Origin: Candidatus Latescibacterota bacterium | GTDB lineage: Bacteria > Latescibacterota > UBA2968 > UBA8231 | DNA length: 64,000 nt | Reading direction: 5' to 3' | Assembly (NCBI GenBank): GCA_965217585.1 | Contig: OZ244561.1 | Span: forward strand, 6,720,001-6,784,000 | Shown: positions 17,980-26,972 of the stretch, piece after piece | Layout of the letters: every line of letters starts with the position of its first letter | Position numbering within the stretch: the first letter of the stretch is position 1 | Notes under the pieces: generated by a model | What the model was told of the DNA's origin: nothing | Database searches by the model: none | What the model saw: only the letters and a program-made list of their open reading frames with translations | Made by a program: the position numbers and the translations under genes

Positions 17980-18978
17980 ATGACACAAATAGTCTCTACT
18001 GTCGACTTTGACCGCGATGGCAAGCAAATCGGCTGGTTGCATGTGCCGCATTCGGTCACTCGCAGCGCCTACGGGGTACTGCCCATCCCCGTCGCCGTCA
18101 TTCGCAATGGCCCCGGGCCGCAGGTCCTGCTGACAGCCGGCAACCACGGCGACGAGTACGAGGGCCAGGTGGTCCTGACGCGCTTGATCCAGGAGGTGCA
18201 GCCCGAGCAAATCCGCGGCGGCCTTATCATCATACCGGCGCTGAATCAGCCAGCCGTGCTAGCGGCAGCGCGGGTCAGCCCGCTGGACGCAGGGAATCTG
18301 AACAGGGTCTTCCCGGGCGACCCCAGGGGCGGACCGACGTGGAAAATTGCGGACTATGTCGAACAGCATCTGCTGCCGCGGGTTGAAGTGGTGGCCGACT
18401 TCCACGGCGGCGGGGCCTCCCTGGACTACCGACCGCACGCCAGCACCCACTTCGGCCCCGACACGTCCTCTGAGCACAAGCGCCTAAGCCTAGATTTGGT
18501 TTCCAAGCTAGGTGTGCCGCACGTAATGGTTTTCGAGAACCGCACTGATAAGGGAGGGCTACCCGATGCCGCCATCCGGCAGGGCGTGATCTCGCTGGGC
18601 GGGGAATACGGCGGCACGGGTAGCGTATCGCGGTCCGGGGTAAAGCTGGTGCAACAGGCGGTTGACCGATTGCTGGCAGCCCTGGGGGTTAAGGGTACGC
18701 TGCCGGACGACCTCGAGACGCCTCAGGTCCTCCACATCTTCGGCCCCAACGCGTACGCTTATGCACCGGAACCAGGCCTGTTCGATCCGGCCACCGATCT
18801 GGGCGACGAGGTGAGTGCCGGCGATCTGTGCGGTCAGGTCCTGTTTCCGGAGAATCCTTCGCGGCCCCCCGTACCCGTCACTTTTCGCGGCGAGGGTACG
18901 GTGGTCTGCAAACGGCACCTGGGCAGGGTGGAAGCCGGAGACTGCGTCGCCCATCTGGCAGCCCCTGTAAGCGACTGA
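17980..18978 (+). CDS. Succinylglutamate desuccinylase / aspartoacylase family (DoeB/EutE-like deacylase)
   Basis: AGNHGDEYEG, NLNRVFPG, DFHGGG, EYGG, C-terminal lipoyl-like domain. Confidence 0.88.
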   Translation: MTQIVSTVDFDRDGKQIGWLHVPHSVTRSAYGVLPIPVAVIRNGPGPQVLLTAGNHGDEYEGQVVLTRLIQEVQPEQIRGGLIIIPALNQPAVLAAARVSPLDAGNLNRVFPGDPRGGPTWKIADYVEQHLLPRVEVVADFHGGGASLDYRPHASTHFGPDTSSEHKRLSLDLVSKLGVPHVMVFENRTDKGGLPDAAIRQGVISLGGEYGGTGSVSRSGVKLVQQAVDRLLAALGVKGTLPDDLETPQVLHIFGPNAYAYAPEPGLFDPATDLGDEVSAGDLCGQVLFPENPSRPPVPVTFRGEGTVVCKRHLGRVEAGDCVAHLAAPVSD

Positions 18979-18987
18979 CCCTAAACC

Positions 18988-19728
18988 TCACTCAATCTCA
19001 TACACCACAGTGACATTCACGGTGACAGTGAGTTCACCTGCGACAATGGGAGTGGCAGTACGCGCGGCATCATCGAAGGCTTCTTCTGCCATCGCAAACG
19101 GGATTGGCGGACCTTCGAAATAGGTACTTTCAGTGATAGTAATAGGTTCTCCTAGCGTTACACCACTTGCTTCCGCTAAGGTTTGTGCTTTCGCTTCAGC
19201 ATCCTTTACCGCCAAACTACGTGCCTGGGTTTGTAATGGTGTGGTATCATCAATCATAAATTGAATAGAGTTAATGACGATGCTATTCCCTCCCGCTGCG
19301 GCAGCAGCATCTATGACATCGCTGAGGGTTGCCAATTCTCGGATCTTCGCCCGAACGGTGTTGTTTACTCTGTAACCACGAAGTATGCGCCCATTGTCTG
19401 TATAGTCGTACTGGGGATGGATACTGAAATTCTCAGTTTTAATGTCTTTTTCAGCAACGTTGTTCGCTTTCAGAGAAGCGATTAACGCTGTCATCGCACT
19501 CGCAGCTTCTTCACGTGCTTCTGCGACGGTCTCTTTCTCAACAGACACACCTAAATCGAGCGTTGCAATATCTGGTTCACCAGTAACTGAACCACTCCCG
19601 GTCACATGGATAGCTCTGTCAGTTGTTGAGGACGATAATACCTCCGAGGCAATATTCACATCACAGGCAGTGAGGGCTAAAATCAGCAATGTGCCGATCG
19701 CTAAAAACCAATAATTATATCTTTTCAT
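18988..19728 (-). CDS. SIMPL (DUF541) domain lipoprotein
   Basis: Lipobox LTAC; IHVTGSGSVTGEPDIATLDLGV; AVKDAEAKAQTLAEASGVTLG. Confidence 0.88.
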   Translation of the reverse strand: MKRYNYWFLAIGTLLILALTACDVNIASEVLSSSTTDRAIHVTGSGSVTGEPDIATLDLGVSVEKETVAEAREEAASAMTALIASLKANNVAEKDIKTENFSIHPQYDYTDNGRILRGYRVNNTVRAKIRELATLSDVIDAAAAAGGNSIVINSIQFMIDDTTPLQTQARSLAVKDAEAKAQTLAEASGVTLGEPITITESTYFEGPPIPFAMAEEAFDDAARTATPIVAGELTVTVNVTVVYEIE

Positions 19729-19874
19729 TTTTCCTCTTATAAATCTCGACGAAAACTACACCGCTTGACCTACCCCCCTAAAAGACCCTTTATAATTCCT
19801 ATAGTGGGGCTCTTTATTGATACCCTCAATCTGTTTATCCCCCAGTGGTTTGTCAACAAGAGAGGAGATCATTC

Positions 19875-20720
19875 GTGGCGTACAAGTTTCAGCCGGGCGT
19901 GATGTACCTCATGCCCACTCACTTCGGACCAATGACGGGACCGCGGCGCGGCCCCGACGGCAAGGGCTATGCCTGCATCGACACCCCCAAGGGCACCAGC
20001 TACTCGGTCAGCTTCCTGACCAACGCCGCACAGCTCGAGGAGCTGCTACCGGAGGGGTTCGCGCTGCACGGCGAGCCGGTGGTGACGGTGTCCCAGACTC
20101 ACATGAAGGAGATCGAGTGGTTGGCCGGACGCGGCTACAACATGATGGGCGTGACCTTTCCGGTGACCTACACCGGCAAACACGACCGCGCAATGGGACC
20201 GTTGCTGACTGTCCTGTGGGAGAACATGACCGAGCCGATCCTCACCGGCCGGGAACAGCTCGGGTTCTCGAAGATCTACTGTGAGCTGCCGGACCCAGCA
20301 GTGTGCCGAGGCGAGACCCACGTCACAGCGCACTGGCAGGGGTTTCGCTTCTTGGACATGAAGCTGACCAACATGCGCGAGGTGGCACCCGCCGACTATC
20401 CGGAGCCGGCAGCGCCGCGCACCGACGGCGTGTTGACCGGGCAACTCCATTACAAGTACATCCCCCGCACCGGCCACTGGGGCGAAGCGGACGCGGCCTA
20501 CGCCTGTCTTACCTCGTCGGAGGGCAGCAACAGCCGCCTGACCGGGTTGTGGAAAGGTGACGGGACGATCGAGTTTCATCCGGCGCGCTGGGAGGACATG
20601 CCGACCCAGTACATGATCGTCAACGCATTCCACAACCTGGAGATCAAGGAATTCCGCGGCGGCACCATTAGCAAGACCGTGGGCAGCAAAGATCTCAGCG
20701 ACCAACGCATGCTGGTGTAG
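19875..20720 (+). CDS. Acetoacetate decarboxylase family protein
   Basis: MPTHFGP, LEELLPEGF, PILTGREQLGFSKIY; GTG start behind GAGGAG. Confidence 0.78.
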   Translation: MAYKFQPGVMYLMPTHFGPMTGPRRGPDGKGYACIDTPKGTSYSVSFLTNAAQLEELLPEGFALHGEPVVTVSQTHMKEIEWLAGRGYNMMGVTFPVTYTGKHDRAMGPLLTVLWENMTEPILTGREQLGFSKIYCELPDPAVCRGETHVTAHWQGFRFLDMKLTNMREVAPADYPEPAAPRTDGVLTGQLHYKYIPRTGHWGEADAAYACLTSSEGSNSRLTGLWKGDGTIEFHPARWEDMPTQYMIVNAFHNLEIKEFRGGTISKTVGSKDLSDQRMLV

Positions 20721-20901
20721 GACCGCAGGCGGAGCCGAGGCCAGCGCATCTCTCCCGGGCGTAGCTGCTGTCCCCCGGTGGGGGTGAAGCTAGCGTCGCA
20801 CCTGCATCGACTGCCCAGTCCACGCCAGAAGCGTACGAACGTAGTCCATAGTGCCACGCTACACAGAGGGAGCACGGAGACCTGGGACGGCGTACCGATT
20901 T

Positions 20902-21198
20902 CTACACTTTGGCCGGAAGAGGTTGGATAGTGATTTTGAAATCATGCCCCAAGATACCGAGGATATTGAAAAGTACATCGAAGCTAATTTTTCCGATCTT
21001 GGTCCTATTTTCAATCTGGGCAATGCGCGGTTGGGAGACGCCGACCATCTCGGCCAATTGGCCTTGCGTCAAGCCAAATCGCTTTCTACTCTTCACGATC
21101 TTTTCGATGAGCTGTTCTTTCTGGCGTAGTTCGTTAATATTGACGCCGAGTTCCTCTGCCCATTGCTCAATGTTTACCTTTTCCCAAGGCATTTTCAA
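20902..21198 (-). CDS. XRE-family HTH antitoxin (HigA-like)
   Basis: RKRFGLTQGQLAEMVGVSQPRIAQIE HTH, downstream of a RelE-like toxin. Confidence 0.85.
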   Translation of the reverse strand: MKMPWEKVNIEQWAEELGVNINELRQKEQLIEKIVKSRKRFGLTQGQLAEMVGVSQPRIAQIENRTKIGKISFDVLFNILGILGHDFKITIQPLPAKV

Positions 21199-21527
21199 AT
21201 CTCCTTCAGTCTTCTGAGAATCAGCCGTCTATCCTTATCGGGAATGGTTTCGGTCTTTTTTTGCAGCACATGAACCAGATAAATTGCATCCCCGCGCTTG
21301 ATGAAATAGAAAACTCGATAGATACTGCGCCGTTCTTTGAAGCGCAGTTCGTGTAAACCGAGAGCAATATTGAACAGCGGCTTGCTCAACGGCATCTCCA
21401 GGCTTTCCCCCTGCTTCAACCGATCAAGTGCCAAGAAGAAATCCTCCTGTAGGCTTTGAGATAATCCCTCGACAAATTTCTTGATCGGCGAATTGCCTGA
21501 AGCAGTGGTATAGTAGAGGATTTCCAT
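21195..21527 (-). CDS. RelE/ParE-superfamily toxin (HigB / Gp49-like)
   Basis: YYTTASGNSP, GLHELR, YRVFYF, LVHVLQKKTETIP. Confidence 0.88.
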   Translation of the reverse strand: MEILYYTTASGNSPIKKFVEGLSQSLQEDFFLALDRLKQGESLEMPLSKPLFNIALGLHELRFKERRSIYRVFYFIKRGDAIYLVHVLQKKTETIPDKDRRLILRRLKEI

Positions 21528-21535
21528 ACTTTAAA

Positions 21536-21553
21536 TATAATCTGTAAATTATA
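21536..21553. promoter_or_regulatory. Inverted repeat upstream of the higBA-like operon (probable operator)
   Basis: TATAAT-N6-ATTATA, 8 nt from the toxin start. Confidence 0.45.
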
Positions 21554-21663
21554 ATCGATCAACAGATTCTGCTATAACTGGAAGGGGGCTTCCCGCGCGA
21601 AAGGACTCCGCGATCCAGCGTTTTAAAAGGTACATATTGGCAAAGTATGAAGAGTTTGCTAAA

Positions 21664-21701
21664 TTCTTACTATAAAGTTGGATTATCCAAAAAAGTAGGA
21701 A
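21664..21701. promoter_or_regulatory. Nested palindrome upstream of the AbrB-VapC operon (probable operator)
   Basis: ttcttact...ttggat-t-atccaa...agtaggaa. Confidence 0.55.
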
Positions 21702-21720
21702 TCAACCAAAGGATCGCGCG

Positions 21721-21963
21721 ATGGTTGTCGCCAAACTAACCTCCAAAGGACAACTGGTCATTCCCCAAGCCATACGCCAGCATCTGCACCTACAGCAGGG
21801 CGACAGCGTGGATTTTATCATCCAAGACGATGGCGAAGTGGTCGTCAGACCGGCCACCCGGGATGTGCGAGAACTAAAAAATATCCTGCCGCAACCCAAG
21901 AAGGCCGTATCGCTAGCGGAAATGGATCGCGCGGTGCGCGAGGGCGCGGCAAAAGCGCTGTGA
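21721..21963 (+). CDS. AbrB/MazE/SpoVT-family antitoxin
   Basis: AKLTSKGQLVIPQAIRQHLHLQQGD. Confidence 0.9.
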   Translation: MVVAKLTSKGQLVIPQAIRQHLHLQQGDSVDFIIQDDGEVVVRPATRDVRELKNILPQPKKAVSLAEMDRAVREGAAKAL

Positions 21964-22355
21964 GGGGGCTGGATACCAATGTGCTGGTGCGCTATCTGGT
22001 GCAGGACGATGCGGTCCAGGCGCGGCGCGCGGCAAAAGAGATCGAAGCGGGATCGGATGCGGGCGAGATCTATTTTATTGCCGACGTCGTCGTCTGCGAA
22101 CTGGTGTGGGTGCTCGATCGGGCCTATGGATACAGCCGGGCGCAGATTGGCGACGCGCTGGAGGGTATTTTGCAGACGCGCTCATTTCATTTTGTCGACA
22201 AAGACCTGCTCTGGCAGGGGCTAGGCGATTACAAAAAGGGCAGGGGCGACTTTGCCGATTATGCGATTGGGCGCGTGGGCGAAAAGTCCGGGTGCGAAAA
22301 AACGCTAAGTTTTGATCGCGCTTTAAAAGGCGATGTACGATTTGAAGTGCTTTAG
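21960..22355 (+). CDS. vapC: PIN-domain toxin VapC
   Basis: GLDTNVLVRYL, ELVWVL, DFADY, SFDR. Confidence 0.9.
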   Translation: MRGLDTNVLVRYLVQDDAVQARRAAKEIEAGSDAGEIYFIADVVVCELVWVLDRAYGYSRAQIGDALEGILQTRSFHFVDKDLLWQGLGDYKKGRGDFADYAIGRVGEKSGCEKTLSFDRALKGDVRFEVL

Positions 22356-22441
22356 GAAAATCCGCATGGAATCAATCTGTATATAGGGTTATAGAAACCG
22401 CTTAGAGGGCAATGCTCTGCGCCCAGCGCCCGAGGTGACCT

Positions 22442-24004
22442 GTGGCACGCAAAGATAGAAAAATCATCAGCAACGACGACGGCTGGATCATGAGCAACAT
22501 GACCGGTCCCGTAACGCCGCAGACCATCAAAGAGCGCATGATCGACACCTATTCCGGTGCGCCCATTGGCGCGGTGTCGTGGTGCGTCGGCAATAGCGAG
22601 ACCTACGAATACGAAACAGAAGTGGGCGAGCGCACGGGGGACGGCTACACCCATTTTGCCGACGAGCGCTACGCCTGGCAGCAGCGGAACCTCCACAGTC
22701 TGATCGCCTCGTGTGGCGGCCCCTTGACCGAGATCGCGCGCCAGTTCCACGAGGCCAAGATCGACGTCCTGCCTTCGGTGCGCATGAATAGCCACTACGA
22801 CATCGCCTACGACTCGCCGTCCCACGGCCAGTTCCGCCGCGACCACCCCGACTGGCTCATCGGCCGCCCCCACGAGTACATTCCCCATCCCACCCTCGAA
22901 TACGCCATTGCCAGGGGCCTCGACTACAAATATCCCGGCGTCCGCGCGCACATGAAAAAAATCATCTTCGAACTCTGCGAAAAATTCGACGTGGACGGGG
23001 TCGAACTCGACTATTTCCGCCACCCGGCATTCTTCCGGATCGAAGAAGCTTATACCAATCGCTATCTCATGACCGACTTTATCCGGCACATTCGCCAGCA
23101 CCTAGACGAAGTCGGCGCGCAGCGCGGCAAACACCTCGACCTGCTGGTCCGCGTTCCGCCGACGCTCTACGACTCGCAGCGCATCGGCCTGGACGTCGAG
23201 GCCTGGATCGGCGAAGGGCTGGTGGACATGGTCGCGGCGGGCGGCGGCTTTATGCCCTTCGAGCAACCCATTGGCGAATTTGTCGCGGCGGCCGCGGGCA
23301 CCGGCTGCCAGATCTACGGCAGCTTTGAGGCGCTGCGCTGGACCCTCGACGAGGAGGTGCTCTACGCCTTAGCAGCGCGGTTCTGGGACGCTGGCGTCGA
23401 CGGCCTCTACCTATTCAACTATTTCAATACGCCCAACGAGTGGAAGAAGCGCGTACTCGGCAATATGGTCGACCAGGACCGGCTGCCGCGTCTGCCCAAG
23501 CGCTACGAACTCGATCATTCAGACCGCATCAACAGCAAGGAACACCATGTCGGCGCGTTCAGATACGCCGTGCCCTGGGCCTCCTTGCCGGTGTTCATGG
23601 AGGAAACGCAGTGCGGCGGTGGCTCCGCGCTTTTTATGGACCTCGCCGACGATGTGGACGGTGCCCGTTCCGCAGGGGCCCTGGGTGGCTGCACCCTGAG
23701 CCTCGGGTTCGACCATATCAATGACGACGACGAACTAGACGTCCACATCAATGGTGAGCTCGTACCCTGGGACCAACGCCAAGTTTCCCAAGACGGCTGG
23801 GGCTATACCGTCTTCGACGGCGTAGTCTACCACACGACCATGGCGACGGAGCGCGTCGAGGGCACTCTGATACAGTTTGATGTGACCGGTCTGCCGATCA
23901 AGAAGGGGAGGAACGAATTGCTCGTGCGGCTCATCAAGGGCGCCGGACCGCACTTTGAACCGGTGACCCTGACCGAGGTGCGGTTGGCGATCGATTATCG
24001 CTGA
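22442..24004 (+). CDS. GH10-like (GHL10) TIM-barrel protein
   Basis: ISNDDG, PSVRMNSHY, HPDW, LDYKYPGVR, DVDGVELDYFR, GVDGLYLFNYF. Confidence 0.65.
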   Translation: MARKDRKIISNDDGWIMSNMTGPVTPQTIKERMIDTYSGAPIGAVSWCVGNSETYEYETEVGERTGDGYTHFADERYAWQQRNLHSLIASCGGPLTEIARQFHEAKIDVLPSVRMNSHYDIAYDSPSHGQFRRDHPDWLIGRPHEYIPHPTLEYAIARGLDYKYPGVRAHMKKIIFELCEKFDVDGVELDYFRHPAFFRIEEAYTNRYLMTDFIRHIRQHLDEVGAQRGKHLDLLVRVPPTLYDSQRIGLDVEAWIGEGLVDMVAAGGGFMPFEQPIGEFVAAAAGTGCQIYGSFEALRWTLDEEVLYALAARFWDAGVDGLYLFNYFNTPNEWKKRVLGNMVDQDRLPRLPKRYELDHSDRINSKEHHVGAFRYAVPWASLPVFMEETQCGGGSALFMDLADDVDGARSAGALGGCTLSLGFDHINDDDELDVHINGELVPWDQRQVSQDGWGYTVFDGVVYHTTMATERVEGTLIQFDVTGLPIKKGRNELLVRLIKGAGPHFEPVTLTEVRLAIDYR

Positions 24005-24062
24005 TACCGCAAGGCGCGATTTAAGAAACTGTCAAAATTCAGTCTATAGGGAGGGATATCCC

Positions 24063-24884
24063 ATGCCACTGCACGAACCCTTTACAGAAGAAGAACTATC
24101 GCCGATTCTCGAAGATTTTTACAAAAACGGTGCGGCCATCATCCGCAACGTCTTATCCCGAGAAGAATGCGAGCAAATATGTAGACGCGTCGACCAGATC
24201 TTCGCCGAACCTTATTTCACCGAAATGCGGAACGTAAAAATAAGGCCAGAGCTCAATGACAAAGCGCCCATCGTTGTACATCGGCTATTTGAATGCGACC
24301 GGATGTTCCGCGATCTGCTCGTGCGCGAGCCTATCATATCTATTGCCGAAACAGTCCTCGGCCCACAGTGCCATTGCATGGCGCAGGGATGCATCTTGAA
24401 CCGCAGGGATCTGGGCATTAACCGCTTTCACGTAGATGACAGCCTAGAGTTTCCAATTGCGGACGACAATATCAGCAGTCATGACCGGCGTCTGCAGATG
24501 CCCGTTTTTCGCATGTCGTTCCAGATCGCCCTGACAGACCAAGACGAAGACCAGTATGGCCCCAGCCAATTCGTGCCGGGCAGCCACTATGCGGGCAGAC
24601 ACCCCAACGATCCAGAAAATCCAACCTTCGATGGTCAAGGCCCCACCTCCCTGCTCATGCAAGCGGGAGACCTCTACCTCCTCAGCAGCCAAACCTGGCA
24701 TCGCGGCGCCCCCAATACATCGGATCGCGTCCGCTACCTCTTTCACCAGGTCTATGGTCAGCGCTTCGTCGCCCAGCGATTCTGGCCCTATCTCAACTAT
24801 CACATGCCCGATTACGTCCTCGAAGACGCCGACGAACGCCTTCTGCGCGTTCTCGGGCAACACCCCGAAATGGCCTATGGATAA
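24063..24884 (+). CDS. PhyH-family Fe(II)/2-oxoglutarate dioxygenase
   Basis: FHVDD, IALTD, FVPGSH, AGDLYL..TWHRG.PN. Confidence 0.88.
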   Translation: MPLHEPFTEEELSPILEDFYKNGAAIIRNVLSREECEQICRRVDQIFAEPYFTEMRNVKIRPELNDKAPIVVHRLFECDRMFRDLLVREPIISIAETVLGPQCHCMAQGCILNRRDLGINRFHVDDSLEFPIADDNISSHDRRLQMPVFRMSFQIALTDQDEDQYGPSQFVPGSHYAGRHPNDPENPTFDGQGPTSLLMQAGDLYLLSSQTWHRGAPNTSDRVRYLFHQVYGQRFVAQRFWPYLNYHMPDYVLEDADERLLRVLGQHPEMAYG

Positions 24885-24931
24885 CCCGCCACGCAACATT
24901 AGGCGTAAAATTCACTTGAAAAGGGATATAG

Positions 24932-25200
24932 ATGCTTACCGAAAAGCAGGTTGAAGCGTATAAACGCGATGGTTATGTCAAAGCCGAAGGGCTTTTTACC
25001 CCGGATGAGGTTGAAAAATAGGGGGCAGGAGCCGAAGGTGACGTACCGTTGAGTTGAACAATGTATTTTTTGCAAAAGAAATCGGCGGCGCATCGTACCT
25101 TTATGATGGCACAGGTAACACGCGAATGAGCCGCCCTATTCGACCGCAACCAGCCGGTTGAGCGCGTCGAGCGGTTGTTTGATATCACTCCACTTCAAGC
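24932..25200 (+). pseudogene. Degraded PhyH-family gene
   Basis: MLTEKQVEAYKRDGYVKAEGLFTPDEVE, a typical PhyH N-terminus, then stops and frameshifts. Confidence 0.6.
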
Positions 25201-25249
25201 TCTGTCCTCCTGCTTCTGCCTCCTGAATACCTAACCGGCCACAGGAGAA

Positions 25250-26713
25250 TCACTGCGGCGTCACGTCTCCCGCAAAGGGTCCGTACATGCCCTTCCCCCA
25301 TTCGATCCACGCCGTTTCCACATTTGCGACAACTTTGGGGTCGGCCGGCGCTGATGCGATCTCTGCACCATCCTGGGCAATCGCGATCCGGTCACCATCC
25401 GCGATGAACTCAAGTGTGGTTTCCCCCTCTCTCCAAGCCACTGGACCCGCGGCGCATCCCGGCTTGCGCATTCGGTGCACAGTCCGATACTCGTTCCAGA
25501 CTTCGTCGTCGTGCAGAAACTCCATTCTCATGTCCCGTTCCGGACAACCCTTCGCGCTTGTCGAGATGAAGAGCGAATCGTCCATCGGGACCAGACCCGT
25601 TGTTCGATTGCCCCAGCCGTTCCAGACAATCTCCGCGCCGTGAATCTCGTTGTAGCCAACGACCCGATCTTCCCAAGGGTGGTTCATCTCGTCCGTGACT
25701 GCGGGATGCTCGAACATCCTGCGGACAAAGTGCCATTCGGCACCGTGGTGATCATAGCGCCATAACTCGGCCCACGGCCAGACCCCCACATATACATCTC
25801 CCCCGAACAGGCAGGTTGTCTGCGCCTCGCGTACGGCGGACGAAACACCGGGCATCACCGGCGGCCAATCCTCCAAGTGACGCAGCGCCGTCCCCTTTTT
25901 CACGTATTCCAAGAGGTTCCCGGTCGGATAGTGGCCGATCAGCATTCGATCGTACCAGTCCAACATCGAATAGAGCTGGTGACTGACGCCCTTCTGCGAC
26001 TGGCGAATGATCCTCCACGCCGAGCCGTCGAAGGCGTAGACTCCTCCGACGTTCGAGGACTGAATGATCTCGTCGCCCAGTTGCCCGGCGGCGAAAGAGG
26101 TTTCGCCCGCATAGCGCAGATCCAGCGTGATCGCCCTATCCAGATCGAGCGGACCGTCGCCCGGCCGCCAGGGAACCGCATGAAGCTTGCTCCATTCGGG
26201 GTCGTTGTTCTGATAGAAGACGAGGTGGCCGTGGGAGTAATAGAAATGATGGTAATGGCCCTCGTCGGGCTTTATCAGGATCTTCACGCCGTCGTACCAT
26301 GCCTCGCCGCCCTTGAACTGGAGCAGTTTTCCGGCCAGGCGCATCATCCCCTCGCCGCTTGTCGTCTCCTTGACACCAAACCTTTCATCGACAACCCAAG
26401 CCTTGGATTCGTCATCGTACCATCGCGCGGTGCGATCAAGATGATTACTGCACTGGTAAACCTTGCCGTCAAGGTCGAACAGATAGTTGCCACCGTCGTC
26501 GGATGGAAACGGCAGCTTCTCGTAAGTCACCTCTCCACCGTCGTGACGAACGAAAAACTGCAGCGTCCATCGGTCCAGGCGGAAGTGCGTGTTGAAAAGC
26601 CCCATGAACCCCGCGCCAAACAGCACCTGACCGTTGCTATCTCGGGCTTCAAACACGGTCCCCATGTTCTGCCCGAGATCTTCCCCGAAGTTCACCTTCG
26701 CAGTGATCTGCAT
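25250..26713 (-). CDS. Hypothetical protein, probable beta-propeller
   Basis: 487-aa ORF with RBS GAGGA; aromatic/Gly-rich strand repeats (GGVYAFDG..W, VYVGVWPWAELWRYD). Confidence 0.65.
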   Translation of the reverse strand: MQITAKVNFGEDLGQNMGTVFEARDSNGQVLFGAGFMGLFNTHFRLDRWTLQFFVRHDGGEVTYEKLPFPSDDGGNYLFDLDGKVYQCSNHLDRTARWYDDESKAWVVDERFGVKETTSGEGMMRLAGKLLQFKGGEAWYDGVKILIKPDEGHYHHFYYSHGHLVFYQNNDPEWSKLHAVPWRPGDGPLDLDRAITLDLRYAGETSFAAGQLGDEIIQSSNVGGVYAFDGSAWRIIRQSQKGVSHQLYSMLDWYDRMLIGHYPTGNLLEYVKKGTALRHLEDWPPVMPGVSSAVREAQTTCLFGGDVYVGVWPWAELWRYDHHGAEWHFVRRMFEHPAVTDEMNHPWEDRVVGYNEIHGAEIVWNGWGNRTTGLVPMDDSLFISTSAKGCPERDMRMEFLHDDEVWNEYRTVHRMRKPGCAAGPVAWREGETTLEFIADGDRIAIAQDGAEIASAPADPKVVANVETAWIEWGKGMYGPFAGDVTPQ

Positions 26714-26972
26714 GCCTATCCTCGTCCTGGTCTAGCTTCTGGTTGTCATGCGGATTGTTAAGATGTATAGATCATAGGGATTATAAAAGGCCTTTTAGAT
26801 GTGTGTCCTCCTATCGACCTGTTGGCTGCTGGGGCTGCTCGCCCTGACCCCTCAACATCTGCACTACGAACGGACGCCTGCTAGGTCGTCTTATGCCCGT
26901 CAATGCCGACAAAAAGCGGTTGCTTGGTGCGGCGACTTTTCGTATCCCTAGATATGTTAGCCTCCCGTGTAG

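Noticed and set aside
17913-19796. Similar TTGAC...CCCC-AAAG..CCTTTA motifs at about 17913 and 19765
   Set aside because: Spacers of 20-21 nt are too long for sigma70 and there are only two weak instances
20765-20792. ccccc-ggt-ggggg hairpin resembling a CRISPR repeat
   Set aside because: Too short, lacks the I-E handle and has no partner
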